A DNA stretch of 32,000 nucleotides from contig JAXMBK010000009.1 in assembly GCA_046349935.1 (NCBI GenBank), positions 346,043-378,042 on the forward strand, given 5' to 3'. Position numbers and translations under genes: made by a program. The first letter of the stretch is position 1. Every line of letters starts with the position of its first letter. The DNA is from Pirellulales bacterium. GTDB taxonomy: Bacteria; Planctomycetota; Planctomycetia; Pirellulales; Pirellulaceae. This document shows positions 9,805 through 18,621 of this stretch, in pieces. A model generated the notes under the pieces. It was not told the origin of the DNA and did not search any database. It saw only the letters and a program-made list of their open reading frames with translations.

Positions 9805-11299
9805 AATTCCGTTCGGCACGAAATTTGCGCATTAGGCGGAGGTAGTCTCAAACCCTGCCAAAATGGCGTGACACCATGCCGAAGAAGACGAATGCTGCGC
9901 CGGTCGGTGAATCTTCCTCAACGAAGATCAGGGCCAGTGACCTGAAGAACTTACGCGACTTGAAGGCGATTTCCAAGTCCTGGAACGTCTTCGTCCGGTC
10001 GGAGCGGAGCGAGACGCAGCTGGCAATCGCCAGCTGTACATGAATGATTACTGCTTGCTCGTGCTGCTCTGGCTCTTCAACCCGATCGTAGATTCGCTGC
10101 GAGGCCTGCAGCAGGCCGGCGACTTGGACGTCGTTCGCAAGCGGTTGGGGGTGGGGCGAGCTTCGCTGGAAGCCTGTCGAATCGGTGTCGATATTCGACC
10201 CAGGCCGCTCCAAGCCATCGTGGAGGAGTGGAGCGAAAAGCTGCCGATGCGGGTTCCGACGGGTTGGCCCCGTCGACAAGCAGGTCACAGCGGTCGATGG
10301 TTCCGTGTTCCGCGCGTTCTGACGCAAATCGCCAAACTGGCATGGATTCGGGCAAGCAAGGCAAGTCGACCTGCGGATACCGCATACACCCAATTCGAGG
10401 TGTTCCGCGGTTTTCCGAATAAGATCCAATTCACTCCTGCCAAGCCGAAGGGAGAGGCGGATGAACGAGTTGTCCTTGAGAAGTCGGTGGAAGCAGGACG
10501 CTGCTATCTGATGGATCGTGGTTACGAGAAGTACGCCTTGTGGAACGCCATTCAACACGCAGGCAGCGACTATGTCTGCCGCATTCGAGACAACCCTGTC
10601 TACAAGGTGTTGCGGGACGTACCGTTGAGCGACCAAGCCCGCGAGGACCAAGTCGTCAGCGACCAAATCGTCCAATTTGGCGGTGAGGATACGCGTACGG
10701 TGTTGCCCGACCACGAAACGCGGCTTGTCATCGTCAAGGTCAAACCCCGCACGATGTCGCAGTCGCAAGAACGCCCAACATGGCCCCAGTTGCGGCGGTT
10801 ATCTTCGTATAGCGACCAACAATCTGTCGATTCCCGCCGAACTGGTCGCAGCCCTCTATTCTCTGCGTTGGACGATTGAACTCTTCTTTCGCCTGATCAA
10901 ACAACTGCTCGGCTGTCGCCATCTCCTCAGCTTCAAGGAGAACGGGGTGACGATCCAGATCTACATGGCGATCATCGCCTGCATCATGATTCTGAGCTAC
11001 ACGGGCAAAATGCCGACGAAGCGGACTTACGAAATGATCTGCTTCTACCTCATGGGATGGGCGTCAATCAGCGAGTTAGAGGCCCACATCCTCAAACTCA
11101 ACGCGGTAAAAACGTAGCCGCACTGCGCGCTCGAGGTGCTCGGTACGGCAAACCGGGCAAATGCCGCCACAGCAGGAAAACACTGTCAAAACACGCTGCT
11201 ACCCCTCTGGTGCATAGTTCCCAATCAATGCCGCCGCCGACGTTGCGGCTTTGAAAGGGCGATCGCGAACACGCCCAGCTACTCTCGACCGACATCAAT
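9805..11299 (+). mobile_element. Decayed IS4-superfamily insertion sequence (1495 bp between the direct repeats)
   Basis: It holds a DDE transposase reading frame broken into several frames. The size is typical for an IS. I could not identify terminal inverted repeats by eye. Confidence 0.75.
9876..11117 (+). pseudogene. IS4-family (DDE_Tnp_1) transposase, multiply frameshifted
   Basis: The recognisable pieces lie in different frames. They are MPKK...(stop 10041), LLVLLWLFNPIVDSLRGLQQAGDL, KQVTAVDGSVFRA (first D, then stop 10320), YLMDRGYEKYALWNAIQHAGSDYVCRIRDN (second D), and LRIATNNLSIPAELVAALYSLRWTIELFFRLIKQLLGCRHL (E, in ORF 10677..11117). At least three or four frame switches are needed to join them. 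Confidence 0.8.
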
Positions 11300-11353
11300 G
11301 CGAAAAGGTGGGTGAGCGGAATGTAATGCGGGGAGGGTGACAGGCTGGAAGCC
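11300..11353. repeat. Right copy of the perfect 54-bp direct repeat
   Basis: Identical to 9751-9804. This copy continues into an intact palindrome, ACAGGCT-GGA-AGCCTGT (11340-11356). Confidence 0.95.
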
Positions 11354-11356
11354 TGT
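11340..11356 (-). terminator. 7-bp stem / 3-nt loop hairpin 1 nt after the sulfatase stop codon (REP-like or terminator-like, no U tract)
   Basis: ACAGGCT GGA AGCCTGT on the + strand, so the loop is UCC on the minus-strand transcript. The stop codon lies at 11358-11360. Confidence 0.3.
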
Positions 11357-11357
11357 T

Positions 11358-13289
11358 CTACGGGGAGAGGACTTCGACTTTGCCTGGGAAACGTGCGGGG
11401 ACGCCGTAATCGGCGACCGGCGCGCCGTCGTCGTGACCGATGCAGAAGTTTTCCTTGGGTTGACGAGATAGGAGGCCCAGGGCAGCGGCGGCGACCTGCG
11501 GAGCGTCGCCGATGCGGAGGGTCATTTGACCGTCGGCGGCGAGCGACGCTTCGATCGTTTGCGGAGCGTCGCTGCCGCGCCATTCCGACTCGACGCGTCG
11601 CAGCTCGCCCCGATCACGCACCACAAACGTCGCACGGCCGTCCTTCAAGTAGACTGCGTACCCGACTAAAGATCCTCCGTGCGCCACAACGACGCCTTGA
11701 GCGTCGCTGGCCGCCGTTACTCGACAACGCAACTTCCAGGGACGTTCGGCGACCTGCGGCGCGGCGATCCCCGCCCCTTTCGCAGCCGGCGCTGGTTTGG
11801 CCGAGGGAATCGTCGGGTACAACGTCGTAGGATAGGCAGCCACGCCGGCAGGTCGTCGCGCCTTCGGCAAACTCCCGCCGATCTCGGCGTTCATCCGCTC
11901 CGCCAACGCCTGCAACCGCGCCACGATCTCGGGATGTTGCTCTGAGACGTCCGTGCGTTCGCCGATCTCGGCGTCCAAGTTGTAAAGTCGCGGGTTCTTG
12001 CGGGCGTCTGCAGCCGCTTCCTTCCCCATCGTCTCCGGCTGCGTCGCTAGCGCCAACTTCCATGGCCCCTGCCGCACGGCTTGCAGGTTGTAGCCCGCAA
12101 AATAATAGTGGGCCTCGCGCGGCGACTCGGAGCTGAGTCCCATCAAGAGGGGCGTGAGGTCGCGTCCATCGAGGATCGGCTCCGCCGGCAGTTGGCCCCC
12201 CGCCAGCTTCACGGCCGTCGGCAGAATATCGATCGTCCCAGTCACCGCATCACACACCGACCCCGGGGCAATCTTCCCCGGCCACCAGGCGATCGTCGGC
12301 ACTCGCACGCCCCCTTCCCACGTGCTCCCCTTGCCGCCGCGCAGCGGCAAGGCGCTGCCGCCGTCGGCGCCCTTGATGAGCCACGGCCCGTTGTCGCTTG
12401 TGAACAGCACCAACGTGCGCTCTTCGAGCTTCAGTTCGCGCAGCGTGTCGAGGATTCGGCCGACCGACCAGTCCACCTCCTCGACCCAGTCGCCGAACCG
12501 CCCGTTGTTCGACCGGCCGCGAAATTTCTCGCCTGGCCAGATCGGCGTGTGCACGGCCGAATGCGGCAAATACAGCAAGAATGGCTGCCGAACATGGTCG
12601 CGGATGAACGTCTCCGCCGCTTCCGTGTACCGCTCCACCAATCGGCTTTGCTGCTCGTCGCGCAGCAACTCCACCACCTTCTCGTCGCGCAACAGCGGCG
12701 CCACCATTTCGCCCGTACTCGCCGACTTCCGCTGCATGTCGTTCGAGTAGGGAATGCCGAAGTAGTGATCGAACCCCTGTCTCGTCGGCAGAAATTCGAA
12801 CTGATCGCCGACGTGCCACTTGCCAACGCACATCGTCGCATAGCCCAGCGGCTTGAGCCGTTCGGCGATCGTCGTTTCATCAGGGTGCAGCCCCTGCGCT
12901 GAACCGGGGCCGAACACGCCCGGCACCGACACTCGAGCCCCATAACAGCCGGTCAGCAACTGAGCGCGCGACACGGAACAGACCGGCGCCGCGTAGAACG
13001 AAGTGAGCTTCATGCCTTCGCGCGCCATGCGATCCAGGTGAGGCGTGCGTTGCTTCGTCGCACCGAACGGCCCGATGTCGGCATACCCGAGATCATCGAT
13101 GAACACGACGACGATGTTGGGACGCTCGGCATTCTGCCGAAGACTTGACTGGCCGTCGGCGGCGCAGACCGCCGAAGACGCCCTTCCCTGGCTGGCGAGA
13201 AACAGCACGATGAGAAGAGCCAGTCGCCCGCGAGCCGCTCGAGTTCGCCTTCGCAAATCGTTCATCGCCTCGCTCCCTTCGTGCCTCAC
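11358..13289 (-). CDS. Type I sulfatase with C-terminal beta-sandwich-like extension; non-canonical CSVSR active-site motif
   Basis: A signal peptide is present (alternative start MNDLRRR at 13265). Sulfatase blocks are PNIVVVFIDDLGYADIGPFG, FYAAPVCSVSRAQLLTGCY, GKWHVG and LVLFTSDNGPW. The roughly 150-aa C-terminal tail resembles the tail of the 16174 sulfatase. Confidence 0.9.
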   Translation of the reverse strand: MRHEGSEAMNDLRRRTRAARGRLALLIVLFLASQGRASSAVCAADGQSSLRQNAERPNIVVVFIDDLGYADIGPFGATKQRTPHLDRMAREGMKLTSFYAAPVCSVSRAQLLTGCYGARVSVPGVFGPGSAQGLHPDETTIAERLKPLGYATMCVGKWHVGDQFEFLPTRQGFDHYFGIPYSNDMQRKSASTGEMVAPLLRDEKVVELLRDEQQSRLVERYTEAAETFIRDHVRQPFLLYLPHSAVHTPIWPGEKFRGRSNNGRFGDWVEEVDWSVGRILDTLRELKLEERTLVLFTSDNGPWLIKGADGGSALPLRGGKGSTWEGGVRVPTIAWWPGKIAPGSVCDAVTGTIDILPTAVKLAGGQLPAEPILDGRDLTPLLMGLSSESPREAHYYFAGYNLQAVRQGPWKLALATQPETMGKEAAADARKNPRLYNLDAEIGERTDVSEQHPEIVARLQALAERMNAEIGGSLPKARRPAGVAAYPTTLYPTIPSAKPAPAAKGAGIAAPQVAERPWKLRCRVTAASDAQGVVVAHGGSLVGYAVYLKDGRATFVVRDRGELRRVESEWRGSDAPQTIEASLAADGQMTLRIGDAPQVAAAALGLLSRQPKENFCIGHDDGAPVADYGVPARFPGKVEVLSP

Positions 13290-13545
13290 TTAGGACGCTT
13301 CTACTTCAACCATTAAAACAACGCGTGTTCCTTCACGCCGGCCGATCTTCGCCGACTCTTATCCCCTTCGCCTCAAAAACCTTAGAACGAGATCGGCCAT
13401 CGTATCCCGACGCCTGGAAACCGCCAACCACGCGCGACTTTTTTGCGAATTCTGCGCCGCGAACTATCCTCTACAGAAGACATTTGCGTCTCAGCGCCAG
13501 GCCGCCTGGTCGCGGCCTCGCCGTTCGGCATAAGGAAAACACGTC

Positions 13546-14466
13546 GTGAAACTTTCGTCTCGATTCGCGGCTCTCGTCGTTGCCGCGCTCGCTTTGGTCG
13601 GATTCTGGAGCGGTTCTCGCTTAACAGCTCAAGACCCCAACGCCTCGCCCGCCTCCACCGACTTGGCCGCGCTGCACGCAGCGTCCAAGAGCTTTGTGGA
13701 GGCCTTCAATAAGGGGGATGCCAAAGCGGTGGCCGCACATTGGACGACCGACGGCGAACTGGTCGACGAAGCAGGCCGCGTCTACTCGGGCCGCGAGGCG
13801 ATCGCCGCCGAATATGCCTCGTTCTTCCAAACAACGCCCAAGTCGCGGATGCAAGTCGTCGTCGATTCTTTCAAGCTGCTCTCGGACTCCGCGGCGCTTG
13901 AGGAAGGCCGCACGCTGCTGGAGCCGGCCCCTCCCGGATCGCCCGCGCTCAGCAAGTACCTGGCGGTCCACATCAAGGTCGACGGCAAGTGGCTCATGTC
14001 GACCGTGCGTGAATCGCGAGTGGAAACGCAGTCGACTTACGGCAGCCTCGTCGAACTGGAATGGCTCATCGGAACCTGGACCGCCGAAGAGCATGGAGTC
14101 AAGTCGACGTCCGTATGTCGCTGGTTGGGCAACAAGAGCTTCATTGAGCGGCGTTATACGACGACCACGCATGACGGCCTGACGACCAACGGCGTGCAGA
14201 TCATCGGTTGGAATCCGCTCGCAGGTCATATTCAGTCTTGGAACTTTAGCGCCGACGGCGGTCATGCCATCGGCGTCTGGTCGCCATCGGAAGAAGGCTG
14301 GCAGGCGGAAGTGGAAGGCGCGACCGGCGCGGGCCGAATCAGCACGTCCGTCAATCTCCTCCGCCGGCTCGACGACGACGCCTACGTGTGGCAATCGGTG
14401 AAGCGGACGCTGGACGGCGAGTCGCTGCCGGACACCGACGAAATTGTGATGAAGCGTTCGCGCTAA
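13546..14466 (+). CDS. Secreted tandem SnoaL-like / DUF4440 (NTF2-fold) domain protein
   Basis: GTG start, with signal MKLSSRFAALVVAALALVGFW. SKSFVEAFNKGDAKAVAAHWTTDGELVDEAGRVYSGREAIAAEY is typical of DUF4440/SgcJ-type NTF2-like domains. A second similar half follows (WLIGTWTAEE...). Confidence 0.7.
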   Translation: MKLSSRFAALVVAALALVGFWSGSRLTAQDPNASPASTDLAALHAASKSFVEAFNKGDAKAVAAHWTTDGELVDEAGRVYSGREAIAAEYASFFQTTPKSRMQVVVDSFKLLSDSAALEEGRTLLEPAPPGSPALSKYLAVHIKVDGKWLMSTVRESRVETQSTYGSLVELEWLIGTWTAEEHGVKSTSVCRWLGNKSFIERRYTTTTHDGLTTNGVQIIGWNPLAGHIQSWNFSADGGHAIGVWSPSEEGWQAEVEGATGAGRISTSVNLLRRLDDDAYVWQSVKRTLDGESLPDTDEIVMKRSR

Positions 14467-14524
14467 CGGCGTCCTCTTCGGCGACTCTCGCATTCCCAGA
14501 TCATTTAAAAACAAAGTAAAAGCT

Positions 14525-16102
14525 ATGGCTCTTCGCACTCCAACAATTCGTGCCTTGATGGTGGTTCTGATTCTGGGAAGCGCAGCCGCGAGTCCCTGTT
14601 TTGGCCGCGGATTCGGCGGCGGCCACGCGGCCGGCGGCTTCCACGGCGGCGGAGGAGGGGGCGGCTTTCATCCGCCTGCGGGCGGCATGCATCCTGGCGG
14701 CATGGGCGGGTACCATCCGGGCGGCAACATGGGAGGGTACCATCCAGGCGGCAACATGGGCGGGTATCATCCCGGCGGCATGGGCGGCCCGGGAGGCATG
14801 GGCGGCGTCAATTTCAATCGTCCGGGCGGCATGAGCGGCTTGGGCGGCGCGGGCGCGGGGCGCCCCGGCGGATTCGGCGGAGCGGGTGGAGTCGGCGGCG
14901 TCGGCCGTCCCGGAGGAATGGGAGGCGTCGGCGGCGCGAGCGGGTTCCACCCCGGCGGCGCGAACGGCTTTGGTCGCGACAGTTTCGGCGATCGCTACGG
15001 CGGCGGGGCGCCCAGTCGAAGTTCGCTCAATAGCTTCCTCGGCCTGCCTGGCGACGAAGGCATGCATGGCCTCAGCAGCTCGGCCACAGGCAGCCACGGG
15101 TTCGACGTCAATCACGGCGCGGTCGAAGGCCCGCGCGGAGGCATGGCTGCTGGTACAACCGTCACCGGCCCGCGCGGCAATACGGTCGGTCGCGGCGCGG
15201 CCGTCGGCCCCAACGGCGGCGCCGTCGCCGGCCGCGGCGTGGAAGGCGCCGGCGGAGCAGCGGCCGGTCAAGCGGTCGCCCGCGGTCCCGGCGGCGGAGT
15301 GGCCGCAGCAGGCGGCGTACGGGGACCGAACGGCGGTGCGGCAGTGCGCGGCGCAGCGGTGGGACCGTATGGCGGAGCGGCGGCCGGTTTCGCGCGCGTC
15401 AGCCCAACCGGACGCTATACGGCCGCGGCGGCGGTGCGCGGCAACTACAACCACTGGGATTACTATCGTCGCGGCTGGTACGGCGCTCACCCCGGCGCCT
15501 GGTACGCCACACGTTGGGCCGCCGACGCCGCTTGGGCGCGCTGCGCCTGGATGGACGCCGCCATGTTCTGCGGCATGGGGTACGGATACGGCGGCTACGG
15601 GGGCTACGGCGGCTACTCCGAGCCGATGTACTACGACTACGGCAACAACGTCACGTACGAGGACAACAGCGTCGTCATCAACGGCGAAAACGTCGGCACC
15701 GCTCAGCAGTACTACGATCAATCGTCGCAGTTGGCCGCGACCGGCGCCAAGGCGGACGCGCCCGCGGACGGCGAGTGGCTGCCGCTGGGCGTGTTCGCGC
15801 TGTCGAAAACCGACGCTTCGCAGTCTCACATCACGGTGCAGTTGGCCGTGAATCACGACGGCGTCGTCCGCGGCAACTACACCGATAGCGTCACCGACAA
15901 GTCGCAAGTGGTCCATGGCTCGGTCGACAAAAAGACGCAAAAGCTGGCCTTCACCGTCGGCGACAACAAGACCACCGTCCTGGAAACGGGCCTCTACAAC
16001 TTGACGAAAGATGAATCGCCCTGTCTGATTCTTCATGGTGCGGATCAGACCGAACAATGGTTGCTCGTTCGTCTGCAACAGCCGGATAGCGCCGCGAAGT
16101 AG
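14525..16102 (+). CDS. Secreted Gly/His/Met-rich low-complexity protein with a structured C-terminal domain
   Basis: Signal peptide MALRTPTIRALMVVLILGSAAASP. A 3 x 27-bp repeat encodes MGGYHPGGN (14702-14782), and the three copies differ only at synonymous third positions, which supports this strand and frame. The non-repetitive C-terminus reads EWLPLGVFALSK...LILHGADQTEQWLLVRL. Confidence 0.7.
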   Translation: MALRTPTIRALMVVLILGSAAASPCFGRGFGGGHAAGGFHGGGGGGGFHPPAGGMHPGGMGGYHPGGNMGGYHPGGNMGGYHPGGMGGPGGMGGVNFNRPGGMSGLGGAGAGRPGGFGGAGGVGGVGRPGGMGGVGGASGFHPGGANGFGRDSFGDRYGGGAPSRSSLNSFLGLPGDEGMHGLSSSATGSHGFDVNHGAVEGPRGGMAAGTTVTGPRGNTVGRGAAVGPNGGAVAGRGVEGAGGAAAGQAVARGPGGGVAAAGGVRGPNGGAAVRGAAVGPYGGAAAGFARVSPTGRYTAAAAVRGNYNHWDYYRRGWYGAHPGAWYATRWAADAAWARCAWMDAAMFCGMGYGYGGYGGYGGYSEPMYYDYGNNVTYEDNSVVINGENVGTAQQYYDQSSQLAATGAKADAPADGEWLPLGVFALSKTDASQSHITVQLAVNHDGVVRGNYTDSVTDKSQVVHGSVDKKTQKLAFTVGDNKTTVLETGLYNLTKDESPCLILHGADQTEQWLLVRLQQPDSAAK

Positions 16103-16173
16103 TGCTGCGACGTAGCGTCGGCCCGCTTCGAGTCGCCTCCGAGCGCCTCGTCTTTGGGTCGGAGCTCTTCGCC

Positions 16174-18615
16174 ATGCCTGGTGCGTCTAGCAAGGTGCGT
16201 CGTCTTTCGTGGAGCGGGCGCGTCGCGTCGCTGGCGCTGTTACTTCTAACCGTCCCGTCGACTCGGCCCCTCGCGGCTCAAGAGTCGCCGGGCCCGACCG
16301 TCGATCGGCCCCAGTTGCCTGTGCCGGACGGGGCCTTTCAAGGGGCGACGAAACGGACGCTCGCTGGCAGCCGCCCCGACTTCCCCGTACCCGTCGAAGC
16401 GCCCACGGACGCGCCGAACATTCTGCTCGTCCTCGTCGACGACGCCGGTTTCGGCAATCCGTCCGTCTACGGCGGCCCCTGTCAAACCCCGACGCTCGAA
16501 CGGCTCGCGAAACGCGGCTTGCGTTACAACCGTTTCCACGTCACGGCCCTGTGCTCGCCCACCCGCGCCGCCCTCCTGTCGGGTCGCAATCATCATGCCG
16601 TCGGTTTCGGGTCGATTGCCGAGTTTGCCGGCGGCTATCCGGGCTACAACGCCACTTGGCCGAAAAGCGCCGCGAGCGTCGCACGAATCTTGCAAGACAA
16701 CGGCTACTCCACGGCCGCGTTCGGCAAGTGGCATCTCACGCCCGACGATCAGCAAGGCCCTGCCGGCCCCTTCGACCGCTGGCCTTCGGGGCTTGGATTC
16801 GACTACTTCTACGGCTTCCTCGGCGGCGCGTCGGGACAGTACGATCCGATTCTTACCGAGAACAACACGATCCTCGGCGTCCCCGCCGCTGCGGAAAGCG
16901 GTCAGTATTATCTGCCGGACGACTTGACCGAACGGACGATTCACTGGATTCAAAATCAGAAGGCGCAGTCCCCCGATCGCCCCTTCTTCATCTATTACTC
17001 CACCGGCGCCACGCACTCGCCCCACCACGTTCCCAAGGCCTGGGCCGACAAGTACGCCGGCAAGTTCGATCAAGGCTGGGACCGACTGCGCGAGGAAACG
17101 TTTGCGCGTCAGAAGGCGTTAGGCGTCATTCCGGCCGACGCGAAGCTCACGCCCCGCCACGACGCCTTCCCCGCCTGGGACTCGCTCAAGCCGGAAGAAA
17201 AGAAGTTCTACGCACGGCAGATGGAAGTGTACGCCGGCTTCCAGGAAAACACCGATTATCAAATCGGTCGCGTCGTGCAAGCGATCGAAGACTTCGGACT
17301 CGCCGATAATACGCTGGTCGTCTGCATCTGGGGCGACAACGGTTCGAGCATGGAAGGAACCGAGACGGGCACGTTCAACGAAACGACGACGATCACCGGC
17401 ATTCCGATCACTCCTGATCAGCAGATGAAGCTGATCGAGACCTACGGTGGACTCGACGCCTGGGGCGGTCCGATCATGCAGCCGCACTTCTCTTGCGCAT
17501 GGGCCTGGGCCGGCAACACGCCGTTCCAGTGGGGCAAGCAAGTCGCCTCGCACTTGGGCGGCACGCGCAATCCACTCATCGTCTCTTGGCCCCAAAAGAT
17601 CAAACAACAGGGGCAAGTCCGCTCGCAGTTCACCCACGTCACCGACGTCGCTCCCACGTTGCTCGAAGCGGCCGGCGTCGCGCCGCCCAAGACGGTCGAC
17701 GGCATCGCTCAAATGCCGATGCACGGAACCAGCTTCGCGTTTTCTTTCGCGGATGCCACCGCGGCCAGCCGCCATACGCAGCAGTACTTCGAGATTCTCG
17801 GCAACCGCGGCATGTATAAGGACGGTTGGCTCGCCAGCGCGCGGCTCGACCGCATCCCCTGGCGGCTCGACCCGATCACGCTCGCCAAGTTCCGACCAGG
17901 CGGACCGTGGGACCCTGACTCGGACAATTGGGAACTGTACCACTTGGACGAAGACTTCTCGCAGTCCGAGAACGTCGCTGCCCAACATCCCGAAAAACTC
18001 GCAGAGCTAAAGAAGCTGTTCTGGGAGGAAGCGGAGAAGCATCACGTGACGCCGATCCTCGGCAGTTTCGCCCCCATGTTCGGGCAAGGACCGCCGCCCG
18101 GTAAACGAACGAAGTACGTGTACTACCCGGGCAGCGAGAGCATCGAACCGGGCATGATTCCTCGCATCTACAACCGGTCGTTCAAAATCACGGCCCATGT
18201 TGAGATACCCGACCAGGGGGTCGAAGGCGTCATCGTCGCCAACGCCGACGTGATGGGCGGCTTCTCGCTGTACGTGCAAGACCATCAGCTGCGCTACACC
18301 TACAGCTTCATGGGCATCCGCGTCGATACGCTGGCAGCGGAAGGCAAACTGCCCGCCGGCCCGGTGCAGATCGAGTACCAGTTTACGGCCGACCAACCGG
18401 GGCGTCCCGCGACCGGCGGCCGCGGACGTTTACTGGTCAACGGCAAGGCGGTGGGGGAAAACCAATTGGCTCGTACCGTCCCGCAACGCTTCAGCACCTA
18501 CGCCGGCCTCGACATCGGCAAAGACAACGGCGACGTCGTCGCGCTCAGCTACCGTTCGAAAGCCCCGTTCGCCTTTACCGGCAAGATCAAAAAGGTGGAG
18601 TTCGAGTTGCAATAG
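16174..18615 (+). CDS. Arylsulfatase (AtsA-like, large form with C-terminal beta-sandwich domain)
   Basis: PNILLVLVDDAGFGNPSVYGG, TALCSPTRAALLSGRNHH (CSPTR) and GKWHL. I prefer the ATG at 16174 (MPGASSKVRRLSWSGRVASLALLLL signal). The ORF track starts at GTG 16102. Confidence 0.9.
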   Translation: MPGASSKVRRLSWSGRVASLALLLLTVPSTRPLAAQESPGPTVDRPQLPVPDGAFQGATKRTLAGSRPDFPVPVEAPTDAPNILLVLVDDAGFGNPSVYGGPCQTPTLERLAKRGLRYNRFHVTALCSPTRAALLSGRNHHAVGFGSIAEFAGGYPGYNATWPKSAASVARILQDNGYSTAAFGKWHLTPDDQQGPAGPFDRWPSGLGFDYFYGFLGGASGQYDPILTENNTILGVPAAAESGQYYLPDDLTERTIHWIQNQKAQSPDRPFFIYYSTGATHSPHHVPKAWADKYAGKFDQGWDRLREETFARQKALGVIPADAKLTPRHDAFPAWDSLKPEEKKFYARQMEVYAGFQENTDYQIGRVVQAIEDFGLADNTLVVCIWGDNGSSMEGTETGTFNETTTITGIPITPDQQMKLIETYGGLDAWGGPIMQPHFSCAWAWAGNTPFQWGKQVASHLGGTRNPLIVSWPQKIKQQGQVRSQFTHVTDVAPTLLEAAGVAPPKTVDGIAQMPMHGTSFAFSFADATAASRHTQQYFEILGNRGMYKDGWLASARLDRIPWRLDPITLAKFRPGGPWDPDSDNWELYHLDEDFSQSENVAAQHPEKLAELKKLFWEEAEKHHVTPILGSFAPMFGQGPPPGKRTKYVYYPGSESIEPGMIPRIYNRSFKITAHVEIPDQGVEGVIVANADVMGGFSLYVQDHQLRYTYSFMGIRVDTLAAEGKLPAGPVQIEYQFTADQPGRPATGGRGRLLVNGKAVGENQLARTVPQRFSTYAGLDIGKDNGDVVALSYRSKAPFAFTGKIKKVEFELQ

Positions 18616-18621
18616 CGATTC

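Noticed and set aside
9635-9832. N-terminal 66-codon extension of the SGNH/TPR ORF
   Set aside because: The extension runs through the 54-bp repeat and the IS junction. A start at 9634 gives a sensible basic N-terminus followed by a TM anchor.
9848-10768. 306-aa minus-strand ORF inside the IS
   Set aside because: It is antisense to the recognisable transposase fragments and has no motifs of its own.
13340-13398. Inverted repeat GGCCGATCT ... AGATCGGCC (9-bp arms, 41-nt spacer) in the divergent promoter region
   Set aside because: It could be an operator or RNA structure. However, it is a single occurrence in GC-rich DNA with a long loop, which is not enough to call a regulatory site.
14501-16078. 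525-aa minus-strand ORF mirroring the Gly-rich gene
   Set aside because: It translates as Ala/Arg-rich with no signal peptide or ordered domain. The + strand has a signal peptide, a structured C-terminus and synonymous-only variation among its 27-bp repeats.
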